This document shows, one piece after another, positions 39,979 to 53,561 of a stretch of DNA of 64,000 bases. This stretch comes from Octopus vulgaris (Eukaryota): NCBI GenBank assembly GCA_951406725.2, contig OX597833.1, positions 14,694,001-14,758,000 of the forward strand, given 5' to 3'. The notes under the pieces were generated by a model. It saw only the letters and a list, made by a program, of their open reading frames with translations. It was not told where the DNA came from and searched no databases. Position 1 is the stretch's first letter; the number at the start of each line of letters is the position of its first letter. Made by a program: the position numbers and the translations under genes.

Positions 39979-40480
39979 CCAGATATTAAAATATTAAAAT
40001 AAAATGGACGGTAGCAACTTTGTTAGAAATTTACGCTGAAGACGAATCACCGAAGAAAATATATTTCAAACGTACAGCGTATTTGATAAGCGAATAAACA
40101 TGTGAGTCCTTTGCAGGTGCATCTCCAAGTATTTTCTTAGCAATTACGTAATTATAGATGCTTGATGCAACCAAGCAATGTGCATTAATATATAGCTTCA
40201 AACATAGAAAAATGGCTGAACGACACACTCTTATTAACCTAGCTATTTCAGATTTAATGGTACGACACTCTCACTCCTCCTCCTATATATAAATGCATTT
40301 ATATAGCGTTCTCCAAGTTTGCTACTCTTAAAAATATTTTCGCTCCTTTTTTGATATTTTTTACCTCTTTACACACAAAAGAATGAAATTATCCATTTTT
40401 TTCATTTTCCTCTGGTGAGAAGATGAAACATTAATAGCCAATGAATGTAACGTACTCAAATAACTACACAGACCATAAAA

Positions 40481-40864
40481 CCTATTTCTTTACTACCCAC
40501 AAGGGGCTAGACACAGAGGGGACGAACAAGGACAGACAAACGGATTAAGTCGATTACATCGACCCCAGTGCGTAACTGGTACTTAATTTATCGACCCCGA
40601 AAGGATGAAAGGCAAAGTCAACCTCGGCGGAATTTGAACTCAGAACGTAGCGGCAGGTGAAATACCGCTAAGCATTTCGCCCGACGTGCTAACGATTCTG
40701 CCAGCTCGCCGCCTATACCAGCTCGCCGCCTAGTTGCCAGCTCGCCGCCTAGTTGCCAGCTCGCCGCCTAGTTGCCAGCTCGCCGCCTAGTTGCCAGCTC
40801 GCCGCCTAGTTGCCAGCTCGCCGCCTAGTTGCCAGCTCGCCGCCTAGTTGCCAGCTCGCCGCCT
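40481..40864 (-). mobile_element. SINE family B with ~9 tandem copies of its 19-bp 5' end
   Basis: (GCCAGCTCGCCGCCTAGTT)n at 40700-40864. Confidence 0.85.
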
Positions 40865-41204
40865 TAAAACGTTGATTAAAAGGACAAACTATTGTTAGCA
40901 ATTTCTATTACAGTTTATAGTAGCGTGTTTGTCGGACACCCCAGTGGGACACTTGAGCGCTAACAAATATCTGATAAGAAGAAATAGACTGAAATCGTTA
41001 CAATATCCACAAGAATTAAAATAAATTGGTATATTTATTATTTAACTCTTTCATTGCAATTGGATTTAGTCGTTCGATTTAGGGAGTCGTACGGTCTCCT
41101 TGCCTGAACCATAATACTAACACCAAAAGTGGTATTTCAAAACTATTTCATTATATTATCAAAACAAATTATTTAACTAGGATTTATATATATATAAATA
41201 GATT

Positions 41205-41500
41205 CTTCGAACAGGGACAGTCAGTAGCGACACCTGCTGGGTCTGACTACGCTGCATTGATAAAGGGCAAATACCCTGAAACATGTCTGCAGCTGTCTGA
41301 CTGGCAGGATGAAGCGACTGACCTCCCCTGTTCGAAGGTTTATAAAGGACGCAGGTTGTGTGTCAAATAGCTAGCTTGAGGCGGTGGCCTCTTTGAGCTA
41401 ATCAGCGACAGCTTTAGTTTTATATTTATAAGACTGCCATATAAGTATGGCGATAACTATTAATTTCCAGTAACGCTGCCGTAATCTCCTTTAGAGAGCC
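41205..41500 (+). mobile_element. Retrozyme-like element related to 29552-29982
   Basis: Long hairpin CTTCGAACAGGG/CCCTGTTCGAAG capped by a hammerhead; shared downstream TGTGTC..ATAGCYAGCTKGAGG..GCTA and GCCATAT..ATGGC. Confidence 0.6.
41251..41293 (+). ncRNA. Minimal type I hammerhead, U3-A8 covariant core
   Basis: GCTGCA TTGATAA AGGG CAAATA CCCT GAAAC AT GTC TGCAGC. Confidence 0.75.
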
Positions 41501-41896
41501 TTAGTAATTTTAATATTTCTATTATATATATATATATATATTTTTACCTATTTTTTTATCTTTATTTTTTGACATCCTACCAGCTTGCCCTAGGCAGCCA
41601 AGCTGCCATAGGGCTTAATCTGTTTTTTTTTAATGCAATTTCTGAAAAAAACATTTTTTGTTAACTTTACTTTGGATTAATAAATTTATTTATATATTAA
41701 GTATTCTAATTATTTATTAAGAATTCACTCTCCTTCCTTCAGTGGTCTAGTAGAGTAACTAATTATTTCCATATAAGGCATAATTCCACCATCTAATTGT
41801 AATTGTTCGATAAAAGAATTATAATTATTCGATAAAAGTAAACGTATCCTATCCTTGTGGTTTACATAATACTAAGTAGCTAAAAGTTTTTTAACA

Positions 41897-42306
41897 GGCG
41901 TAGGAGTGGCTGTGTGGTAAGTAGCTTGCTTACCAGCCACATGGTTCCGGGTTCAGTCCCAGTGCGTGGCAATTGGGCAAGTGTCTTCTACCATAGCCTC
42001 GGGCCGACCAAAGCCTTGTGAGTGGATTTGGTAGACGGAAACTGAAAGAAGCCCGTCATATATATATGTATATATATATGTGTGTGTGTGTGTGTATATA
42101 TGTTTGTGTTTGTCCCCCCCCCCCAACATCGCTTGACAACCGATGCTGGTGTGCTTAGGTCTCCGTAAATTAGCGGTTCGGCAAAAGAGACCGATAGAAT
42201 AAGTACTGGGCTTACAAAGAATAAGTCCTGAGGTCGATTTGATCGACTAAAAAGGTGGTGCTCCAGCATGGCCACAGTCAAATGACTGAAACAAGGAAAA
42301 GTAAAA
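41897..42306 (+). mobile_element. SINE family A, full length
   Basis: Matches consensus. Confidence 0.9.
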
Positions 42307-42418
42307 GTGTAACACGTATTACTTTTTCCTTAACGGCTGTATCGGAAAACGTCATAACAACTCATTGAAATAGAAATAACCTCTGTACAATTATTGATTT
42401 GCTTTATGTGTGTCCATA

Positions 42419-42910
42419 AGGCGGCAAGGCAGCAGAATCGTTAGCACGCTAGACGAAATGCTTACCGTTATTTCGCTCGTTGCTACGTTCTGAGTTAAAA
42501 TTCCGTCGAGGTCGAGTTTGCCTTTTGTCCTTTTGCGATGGATAAAATCCAGTACAGCTTAACACTGGCGTCAGTGAAATGGCCTCCTCAAAAATTGATG
42601 TCCTCGTGGCAAAATTTGAAACCATTATTTCAAATTCCGCCGAGGTCGACTTAACCTATCATTCTTTCGGGGTCGATAAAATAAGTACCATTTGAACACT
42701 GGGGTCAATGAAATTGATTCATCACTTCCCCCAAAATTTCTACCCCTGTGACAAAATTATAAAAAATCCTTTCAAATTCCCCCGGGGTTCAATTTGTCTT
42801 TTGTATTTTCGGGGGTCTATACAAATAAATACCAGTTGAAAACTGGGGTCGATGACACCGGTTCATCCCCTCTCTCAAAATCACTGGCATTGTGACAAAA
42901 TTTGAAACCC
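42419..42910 (+). mobile_element. Diverged SINE family B tandem units
   Basis: Three degenerate bodies after one head. Confidence 0.6.
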
Positions 42911-43204
42911 TTACGTTATATGGGTCCTTGTCGTCTGTGTCATGCGTTGAGCACTGGCGTTTTATGGTATTTTCCATATTTCTTTTGCATTGTCATAAAA
43001 CAAAAGTCGAGTTCGTTTAACGGCAACGGTTTTCGGATCACAATCGTAAGGCCGTGAGCTTGAATCACAGTGGTTCGTTGTAACCTTAAGCAAGACGTTA
43101 TATTTTATGTTGCTTCAGCCCATTCAGCTGGCAGAAATGAGTAGAACCAGTATTTCAATGTTGAAGTGCGTATCATCGAATCTTATATATTTTTACTTAT
43201 AATA

Positions 43205-43369
43205 GGCGCAGGAGTGGCTGTGTGGAAAGTAGCTTGTTTACCAACCACATGGTTCCGGGTTCAGTCCCACTGCGTGGCACCTTGGGTAAGTGTCTTCTAC
43301 TATAGCCTCGGGCCGACCAACGCCTTGTGAGTGGATTTGGTAGACGGAAACTGAAAGAAGCCCATCGCA

Positions 43370-43424
<55 letters not shown>

Positions 43425-43640
43425 ATGTGTGTGTCTGTATGTTTGTGTGTCTGTGTTTGTCCCCTAGCATTGCTTGACAACCGATGCTGGTGTGTTTATG
43501 TCCCCGTTACTTAGCGGTTCGGCAAAAGAGACCGATAGAATAATTACTGGGCTTACAAAGAACAAGTCCCGGGGTCGAGTTGCTCGATTAAAGGCGGTGC
43601 TCCAGCATGGCCGCAGTCAAAATGACTGAAACAAGTAAAA
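43205..43640 (+). mobile_element. SINE family A, full length
   Basis: Matches consensus. Confidence 0.9.
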
Positions 43641-43888
43641 AAAGGAAAAAAAAGAGAAAATACTTATTACTTATATGTTGATTATTCATTTTTGTACTTT
43701 TTGTGATCTAGTTATATGTGTTTATAATAATATTTAATTTTTTTGTTTATGATTTGGTTTATGTCTATCATTGTTTGAATTACTTAATGGTGTTTTCTTT
43801 CTAATTTTTATATTATATATTTATATTGTGAAATTTGATTTAATATTAAATTGAATTTTCCCCTGTAAGTTTGGAGTTATACTCCCTA

Positions 43889-43889
<1 letters not shown>

Positions 43890-43935
<46 letters not shown>

Positions 43936-43964
43936 CATTATTATTATTATTATTATTATTACTA

Positions 43965-44010
<46 letters not shown>

Positions 44011-44041
44011 TTTGTTTTTATTATCATTTTTATTAGTATTA

Positions 44042-44090
<49 letters not shown>

Positions 44091-44154
44091 TTTGTTTTTA
44101 TTATCATTTTTATTATTATTATTATTATTTTTATTATTATTATTTTTATTATTA

Positions 44155-44188
<34 letters not shown>

Positions 44189-44209
44189 CATCATTATTAT
44201 CATCATCAT

Positions 44210-44253
<44 letters not shown>

Positions 44254-44335
44254 ACATCTTGTGAGTGTGTGTGTGTGTACGGGTAAAAGGAGAGTGAGAG
44301 AGAGAGAAAGAGAACGACAAAATGAGAATCAGAGA

Positions 44336-44380
<45 letters not shown>
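43890..44380. repeat. (TTA)n, (TA)n and (GA)n microsatellites
   Basis: Directly visible. Confidence 0.95.
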
Positions 44381-44382
<2 letters not shown>

Positions 44383-44511
44383 GAAGAGAGAAAGAAAGAA
44401 AAATTTATTGAAGCATGGAAAATTCTTTCTTCTTTTTAGCAAGACAAACAATTCATTATGAATTCGCTAGACTGAAAATGTCCAGAGATCTGGCGGGTGT
44501 GTACGCATGCG

Positions 44512-44556
<45 letters not shown>

Positions 44557-44934
44557 TTGTGTGTGTGTCTGTGTGTGTGTGTGTGTGTTTGTGTTTGTGT
44601 TTGTGTTCCTACGTATGCATAGGACACACCATTCTGTTTTAACGAAACTGGTGAACGGTGAAATGTCTGCCGCGCGAGAACTTAAGTTGTCCAGTAGATG
44701 CAGGAGTATCGCAAAACAAATATAAAACATATAAACAAATATGACATCATTACCCAGGAAAATCACAATCTCTTAAGTAATAAACAAGCGTGCACGCGGC
44801 TATACACATACACATACATACATACATACATACATGCATGCATACATACATACATACATACATACATACATGTATGCATACATGCATGCATACATACATA
44901 ATACATACATACATACAAGCATGCATACATACAT

Positions 44935-45138
44935 ACAGTCGCCATAATAGATCGGTAGCCACTACACACATTTTTCTCTCTCCTTGTTTCTCTCCATGTT
45001 TTTTCTGCGTCCCTTTCTGTAGAAGAGCGTAGGCTCGAAACGTAAAAGACATTTTCAATTCCTGAGCGTTATACTAATACATCTGTTTGTTTTGTACACC
45101 ACCTGTCTTCGTCTTTTGTTTTTTTTGTGAACTCTCCA
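44935..45138 (+). mobile_element. Penelope-type terminal repeat with hammerhead-like motif (45013-45048)
   Basis: CTTT CTGTAGA AGAGC GTAG GCTC GAAAC GTA AAAG; homologous to the 16783 element end. Confidence 0.6.
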
Positions 45139-45777
45139 CATACATACATACATACATACATACATACATACATACATACATACATACATACATACATACA
45201 TACATACATACATACATACATACATACATACACGCACATACATACATACATACATACATACATACATACATACATACATACATACATACGTACATACATA
45301 CATACATACATACATACATGTATACAGACATACATACACACTCACAATTTTTCACTTTCATAAACTACGTTACATAATGTGAATATTTTTGAAGCCAATG
45401 ATACGGGTTTCGGAAATATACATTTGATCCCTGGTGTAATATTTCTTCAAGTCACGGAATCCGTATGAATATAATTTATTTGGATTTAACCGTAGGTCAC
45501 CATAAATTTTTCCCTGAAATCAATAATGTTGATATATGATATTTTATTATAAAAGAACAAAAATAAATCACCTCACAGAATTTACCGGTCTCTAGTTTTA
45601 ACTGTAGATTTATATGAGTCTCCTGGTTTGGTGCTAGTAAATTATATAATTATTTAGCCATTACGAATAGAATATCTTCGTACTCAGATGGGTTCTAGTT
45701 CGGTTCAGGCGTCAATCTCAATGAAACTGGTGTACCAGAAACTGCATGTCGGTTTGTACTGATTGGTTCACTTAATC

Positions 45778-46225
45778 TTATTTCTTTATTGCCCACATAG
45801 GGGCTAAACATAGAGGGGACAAACAAGGACTGACAAAGGGATTATGTCAATTACATCGACTCCAGTGCGTAACTGGTACTTAATTTATCGACTCTGAATG
45901 GATTAAAGGCAAAGTGGACCTCGGTGGAATTTGAACTCAGAACGTAAAGACAGACGAAATACCGCTAGGCATTTCGCCCGGCGTGCTAACGTTTCTTATT
46001 TCTTTACTGCCCACAAGGGGCTAAACACAGAGGGGACAAACAAGGACAGACTAAGCGATTACGTCGATTAGATCGACCCCAGTTCCTAACTGGTACTTAT
46101 TTAATCGATCCCGATAGGATGAATGGCAAAATCGACCTCGGCGGAATTTGAACTCAGAACGTAAGGGCAGACAAAACACCGCGAAGCATTTCACCCGTCG
46201 TGCTAACGATTCTGCCAACGCGCCG
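45778..46225 (-). mobile_element. Two SINE family B copies
   Basis: Reverse complement of consensus, twice. Confidence 0.8.
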
Positions 46226-46782
46226 CGTGTTGTTCTGAATACCACCTACAGGTAGAAGCTGTTACTAGAGGCTTTGAGGTCAGTCCCATTTGCTTCTCTT
46301 CTTCGATTTCATAGTCTGACTTGCCCGTTCTTCAGGGCAAGATATCCTGCTGTGCTTCTTAGTGCAGCACCAACAAACCATGTTAGGGGCGCCTTTGATG
46401 CAGCAGAGCACCTTGTGATCTTTCCAGGTCAAAACGACTGGCTAATCTGTTTTAACTCCTCTTCCCCATATGTTCTTTTTTGTCAACCCTGCTTTATTCA
46501 ACCGTGCCTATAATGATAAATAGGGGACAGCTAACTCCTGTCTGCCGTCGTTTCGAGCCTCAGTAACCGTCATGTATGTTGGAATTCAAGTTAATGAAGG
46601 ATTCACATACATATTAATTTCAGCATTTGTTTCCTATTTTGAAAGTGCTTCAGACGATGTCATGACCTTTCTGATTAGGAAATTCCCCCCCCCATTATTT
46701 CTTAGCGGTAGTAGGATACTGCCAACATTCCTTTCCATAGTATATAAATAAATAAATAGATAAATAAATGCGTCCTTTTAAA

Positions 46783-47265
46783 ACCTAGTCAGGCTCATGG
46801 GCCCGGTTTCCCGGTTTCTATGGCGTATGTGTCCCCCACCTGGACGGGACGCCAGTCCATCGCAGCGTTACTAATTTTTGCTAGCTGAATGGACTGTAAA
46901 TGAAATTTTTTGCTCAAGAACCCAACGCGTCGCCCGGTCCAGGAATCGAAGCACAACCTTACGATTATGATGCTGACACCCTAAATACTAAACCACGCGC
47001 CTCCACTATACACCAGCATCGGTTGTCAAGCAATGCTAGAGGGACAAACACAGACACACAAACATACACACACACACGTACATATATACATATATACAAC
47101 AGGCTTCTTTCAGTTTCCGTCAACCAAATCCACTCACAAGGCTTTGGTCGGCTCGAGGCTATAGCAGAAGACACTTGCCCAAGATGCCACGCAGTGGGAC
47201 TGAACCCGGAAGCATGTGGTTGGTTAGCAATCTACTTACCACACAGCCACTCCTGCGCCTATATA

Positions 47266-47362
<97 letters not shown>

Positions 47363-47609
47363 GTGCCCTTTTAAAGCCTAGCCAAGCTCATGGGCCCAGT
47401 TTCCCGGTTTCTATGGCGTATGTGTTACCCAGCAGGACGGGACGCCAGTCCACCGCAGCGTTACTCATTTTTGCCAGCTGAGTGGACTGGAGCAACGTGA
47501 AATGAAGCGTTTTGCTCAAGAACACAACGCGTTGCCCGGTCCAAGAATCGAAACCACAATCTTACGATCAAGATGCTGACACCCTAACCACTAGGCCACG
47601 CGTCTCCAC
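46783..47609 (-). mobile_element. SINE G (46783-47005), SINE A part (47011-47259), (TAA)n, SINE G (47367-47609)
   Basis: Homology to other copies in the window. Confidence 0.75.
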
Positions 47610-47983
47610 TTTCATAGTATATCTTCACACATATTACCTACGCGATGAGAATTCAGAAACTTCCAGAGATAGCTGAAATGATTCTTGATATGATACGATC
47701 TGAGCGGAGTCTTAACCGGATTACTGCAAGATTTTATTTATAGCGTCATCTAATCCGAATTTTAAAGTATAGCTGACATATCGTTTTTTTTTCCTGTTTA
47801 CCTTTATTTTTTTTTGTTTTTTCTTTGCTCTCTCTTGAATTTGATCCTGCGGTAAAGAAACACTAATTTACTAAATTCCCCCCCCCCCCCCGGCTATCAT
47901 TTCCGTGTCTGCGGAAAACGAAAATAATGAGTATTAAATAGGAAAACTGAATCATGAGTGACGAAAGCTGGAATTTAGCATAC

Positions 47984-48872
<889 letters not shown>

Positions 48873-49479
48873 GTATCAACAATTTACAATGTCAGTGCCT
48901 CAAAACGTTGTAATTGTTGCTGCTGTTGTTGTTATGATCGATAGCTTCCAAACTATTCGTTTGTGCAACTCGAAATATTTCTTTTTTTTCTCGCTAATTC
49001 TTCATTAAATCGTTGATTATATTATTCGCTTTGTGCAATCTCAGTTGTAATTTGTTTTTACTACTATTTCTTTTTTTTTTTTTTTTTTGGTCTTGTTTGC
49101 TTTTGCAATATTCGACTTTGTGGGCCAGACACTTTGATATGAAGTGTGGTGAAAATGTGTAAGAAAACAAATTAATATCTTGTTTTCTTTTGCCCCGGGG
49201 TATTGAGGTAGAGACTCTTTCAGATAATTAAAATCATTTTCGGCGTGGACTCGCTACAATGTTTCTTTTCGTAATACTTAAAATAATGAGTCTCAGACAG
49301 AAGTAAATATGTTTTTTACATCACGAGTGTTAACAACAACAATAAGAAACCGAATTAGTAGCGTGTATAGAGTGTCGCAACAATTGCTTCGTGGTACCTG
49401 TTTGGGCTGTCTGCTCTCTGAGTTCAAATGCATCCAAAGTCTATTTTACCATGTTGGGAAAAAATTACTAATACAATAG

Positions 49480-49852
49480 GAGGCGCAATGGCCCAGTGGT
49501 TAGGGCAGCGGACTCGCGGTTTCGATTCCCAGACCGGGCGTTGTGAGTGTTTATTGAGCGAAAACACCTAAAGCTCCACGAGGCTCCGACAGGGGATGGT
49601 GGTGATCCCTGCTGTACTCTTTCACCACAACTTTCTCTCACACTTACTTCCTGTTTCTGTTGTACCTGTATTTCAAAGGGCCGGCCTTGTCACTCTCTGT
49701 GTCACGCTGAATATCCCCGAGAACTACGTTCAGGGTACACGTGTCTGTGGAGTGCTCAGCCGCTTACACGTTAATTTCACGAGCAGGCTGTTCCGTTGAT
49801 CGGATCAACCGGAACCCTCGTCGTCGTAACCGACGGAGTGCTTCCATCCATC
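49480..49852 (+). mobile_element. SINE family G, tail type 3
   Basis: A-box TGGCCCAGTGG, B-box-like TTCGATTCCC, ends (TCCA)n. Confidence 0.8.
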
Positions 49853-50084
49853 CACTAATACAATATAATGAATTGCTGACTCTACCCAAGGGCAGGAGTA
49901 GAAAGAGTGTACTGACCTAGAAAAAAGACGGAAGAGAGTTAAAATCAGTAGACGACTGCGTGGAGTTAGCTAGAGTAGATATAAAACTCCTAAGTAAGTA
50001 CTAGTGAAGAAAATTTATTAAATGTTTCTGGAGTCACAGCAATATATAGGGAAACCAAGAACCGAATTAAATTTCAAAACCAGA

Positions 50085-50330
50085 GAATACAACTGAAGGC
50101 AAAAGAGGGCATTGCATGGTCGATTAACGAAGACAATTGCAGCAAGTAGTAGGCGGCATGTTTATGGCGGCAGAAGTGAAAGCTGAAAAGGGAGACAAAA
50201 AGTTTGTTAGTAGTTGCACAAGCCCAGGCATTAAGGACTAATTAGATACAAGTCAAGATAGACAAAAACCAAGTAGATTCCCAATGTAGGTTATGTAAAT
50301 ATAAATAAGAAAGCTTCATTCATATACGTA
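50085..50330 (+). pseudogene. Dong/R4-like non-LTR retrotransposon remnant
   Basis: LHGR, LKRETKSLLVVAQAQALRTN, CRLC..ESFIHI (CCHC finger start preceding a restriction-like endonuclease). Confidence 0.65.
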
Positions 50331-51048
50331 ATCGACCCGTCCCCCGAACTTGCTGTCTTTGTGCTAAAATTTCAAATTGGTTTCCGTGATAAAATTCCGC
50401 CGAGGTTGACTTAGGGATTCGTTATTTTGATCTAGATAAAATAATATCTGTTGAACACTGGGGTCGAGGTAATCGACTTACACCCACTCCTCTGAAGTTT
50501 CTGGCCTAGTGCCAAATTTTGAAATCACTATTATACTATTTATTAAGGTGGCGAGCTGATAGAAACGTTATTACTCCGGGCAAAATGCTTATCGGCATTT
50601 TGTCCTTCACGTTCAGAGTTCATTTCATTTCATTCTTTCGGGGTCGTTTAAATAAATACCAGCTGAGCACCGGCGTCGATGTAATCGATATATCCAATGT
50701 CTCAAAATTTCTGAGTTTCTTCCAACATTTGAAACCAATATGATATTCCGACAATAGGAATATTGCATTTCTAAATCTCTCAGAGAGATTTATACAGTAG
50801 CAGCACGATAAAGTGATGGTATGTTGCCAACTTAATATGGCAGTCCCATGAAAGGGAAGAATGCTACTGCTATTTAGCCCTAGGAAACACTGTTTCCAGT
50901 TGGCCATGACACATTAGTTCGCATGTCGATCAAAATGTCTTCTAACGTTTCGTTCGTCTTTACGCTCTCGGCTCAAATTCTGTCGAGGTCGACTTTGCCC
51001 TTTATCCTTCTGCCAGTATCTAAAACCAATATTATATAATTTCTTCGC

Positions 51049-51348
51049 CCTTTTCAAGCCTAACCAGGCTCATGGGCCCGGTTTCCCGGTTTGTGTGGCG
51101 TATGTGTTTCCCCCAGCTGGACAGGACGCCAGTCCATCGCAGCGTTACTCAAGATACAGGAAGAGAGAGTGAGAGAATGTTGGGGGGCGAAAGAGTACAA
51201 CAGGGATCGCCACGACCCCTGCCGGAGCCTCGCGGAGCTTTTAGGCGTTTTCGTTCAATAAACACACACAATGCCCGGTCTAGGAATCGAAACCGCGATC
51301 TTCCGAGTGCTAGTCCGCTGCCCTAACCACTGGGCCATTGCGCCTCCA
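51049..51348 (-). mobile_element. SINE family G, tail type 1
   Basis: Reverse complement head at 51348; tail as 3225-3310. Confidence 0.8.
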
Positions 51349-51522
51349 CATTATATAGTTTACAACGCTTAAATTAAAGTCTCTGTAACAAGATGGGAAT
51401 CCTTGACTTGTAGGCTTTTTTCATGTATCTGTAAATAGCTGGCCATCATGCAAACATTATTTCCACCTTAAACAACATTTAACACAAAGCGTATACCTTG
51501 AGGAGAATAAAATAGTCAAATG

Positions 51523-52961
51523 ACTATTCAATATGTCATTGGCGACGGGTGTTATACCTGCAGACTGGAGAACAGCGATAATCTGCCCAATTTTCAAGAA
51601 AGGGAGCCGCGAAGACCCGCTTAACTACCGACCGGTTTCCTTTACATCAATAATCAGCAAGATGTTCGAAACCATCCTTAAGAAAAGTATGATGCTCCAC
51701 CTCCTAAGCACAGCCTCGATCACTGATTCCCAACACGGCTTCGTGCCGAAGAGATCATGCTTGACCAACTTACTAGTAATGGAAGAATTGGTAACTCGCA
51801 TCCTCGATGATAGTGATGCTGTTGACATCGTTTTATTGGACTTTGCCAAAGCTTTTGACTCGGTAAACCACCGCCTACTACTTGTCAAGCTTCAAGCATA
51901 TAGTTTCCATCCGGATATTGTACGATGGGTTGGTGCCTTCCTCTCAGATCGCTCCTTCCAAGTTCAAGTTAATGGTTCGCGGTCCGACGTCTCCAGTGCG
52001 AGCAGTGGCGTGCCTCAAGGTTCAGTGCTTGGGCCCTTGTTGTTCTTAGTCTTCATAAATGACTTGCCCGACGACCTCACGCAACACACCCTTCTATTTG
52101 CCGACGATATCAAACTGGTCGCTCCTCGCGGTAGTATAGAGGATCTTCGTCGATGCCTCCACCAAGTTTGGAAGTGGTCTAACGATTGGGACCTGTGTCT
52201 GAACGTGTCAAAGTGCTGTCATCTGCCTGTCGGCTCCACTCCTGCAACTCAACTTGATTTCGAGCCGGGTCGTCTGCTGCTGGAGAGGACCGATCAGGTA
52301 AAGGACCTGGGTATCTTGGTGGATTCCTCCTTTTCGCCTTCGGCCCAGTGCGTCCATGCTGCCAACAAAGCGCGCGGAATTCTGTTTTTGATTCGACGGT
52401 CATTCGGAGTGCTCACAGCAGCCATATTCCTGCCACTCTATGTCACGCTGGTGAGACCCATATTGGAGTATGGGATTCAAGCCTCTTCTCCTTATCTCCT
52501 CAAAGACATACAGCACCTCGAAAGAGTCCAGAGGCTGGCTACCCGCCTGGTTCATGGTCTCAAAAATTTGTCCTACGAAGAAAGGCTGAGGACTCTCGAC
52601 CTTTATTCTCTTGAAAAACGCCGCCGCCGTGGTGATCTCATTCTCGCCCACAACATCATAAGCGGGAAGTGTAACCTCTCGAAAGAGCTGTTCTTCACTC
52701 CTGCTCCGGAGCGTCGGCTGCGGGGTCATTCCGAAAAGCTCTACCTGCGACGATTTCATCTCAATCGAAGGAGAGGAGCTTTCTCCGTCCGGGTTGCGGA
52801 TCCGTGGAACAAGCTGCCAGATGAGATGGTGAAGATGCCAACGACCGCTTTGTTCAAAGCCTCCCTGGACCTCAAGTGGCCTGAACTCTTTACATGAACA
52901 CCACCCTGTACTTAACTCCATGTCCCCCTACATGGCCTTGCTATTTGCTTTTGAGCCAAAT

Positions 52962-53009
<48 letters not shown>
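51523..53009 (+). mobile_element. 5'-truncated CR1-clade LINE with (CTAA)n tail
   Basis: RT ORF, short 3'UTR with CCATGT/ACATGG hairpin, tandem TAAC tail 52962-53009. Confidence 0.9.
51533..52897 (+). CDS. CR1-clade LINE ORF2 reverse transcriptase (lacks the endonuclease)
   Basis: 454 aa open frame: NYRPVS, QHGF, LDFAKAFDSV, GVPQGSVLGPLLF, FADD, LERVQR, SYEERL, RRRRGDLI, WNKLP. Confidence 0.92.
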   Translation: MSLATGVIPADWRTAIICPIFKKGSREDPLNYRPVSFTSIISKMFETILKKSMMLHLLSTASITDSQHGFVPKRSCLTNLLVMEELVTRILDDSDAVDIVLLDFAKAFDSVNHRLLLVKLQAYSFHPDIVRWVGAFLSDRSFQVQVNGSRSDVSSASSGVPQGSVLGPLLFLVFINDLPDDLTQHTLLFADDIKLVAPRGSIEDLRRCLHQVWKWSNDWDLCLNVSKCCHLPVGSTPATQLDFEPGRLLLERTDQVKDLGILVDSSFSPSAQCVHAANKARGILFLIRRSFGVLTAAIFLPLYVTLVRPILEYGIQASSPYLLKDIQHLERVQRLATRLVHGLKNLSYEERLRTLDLYSLEKRRRRGDLILAHNIISGKCNLSKELFFTPAPERRLRGHSEKLYLRRFHLNRRRGAFSVRVADPWNKLPDEMVKMPTTALFKASLDLKWPELFT

Positions 53010-53083
53010 ATAATTGTCTATTGATATTTCCTAACGTTGGGCAAGCTACTGGGACAGTTTTCAGTTCTGTTGTAATATATTCT

Positions 53084-53490
53084 TTTCTTTATTGCCCACA
53101 AGGGGCTAAACATAGAGGGGGCAACCAAGGACAGACAAACGGATAAAGTCGATTACATCGACCCCAGTGCGAAACTGGTACTTTATTTATCAACCCCGAA
53201 AAGATGAAAGGAAAAGTCGACCTCGGCGGAATTTTAACTCACAACGTAATGACAGACGAAATACCTATTTCTTTACTACTCACAAGGGGCTGAACACAGA
53301 GGAGACAAACAAGGACAGACAAACGGATTAAGTCGATTATATCGACCCCAGTGCTTAACTGGTACTTAATTTATCGACCCCGAAAGGATGAAAGGCAAAG
53401 TCGACCTCGGCGGAATTTGAACTCAGAACGTAACGGCAGCCGAAATACCGCTAAGCATTTCGCCCGACCTGCTAACGATTCGACCAGTTC
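53084..53490 (-). mobile_element. SINE family B dimer
   Basis: One head plus two bodies. Confidence 0.85.
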
Positions 53491-53528
53491 ATAACAATAA
53501 TAATAATAATAATAATAATAACAATAAT

Positions 53529-53561
<33 letters not shown>

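Noticed and set aside
40031-40080. CTGAAGA..AAACGTA hammerhead-like trace
   Set aside because: GAAA core incomplete and helices too weak to support.
40700-40864. CRISPR-like short repeats (also 24206-24472)
   Set aside because: No unique spacers, eukaryotic context, no cas genes.
49480-49540. tRNA gene-like sequences at SINE heads
   Set aside because: No complete cloverleaf; they continue into SINE bodies present in many copies.
52962-53009. Telomere-like (CTAA)n
   Set aside because: Not TTAGGG; it is the CR1 3' tail.
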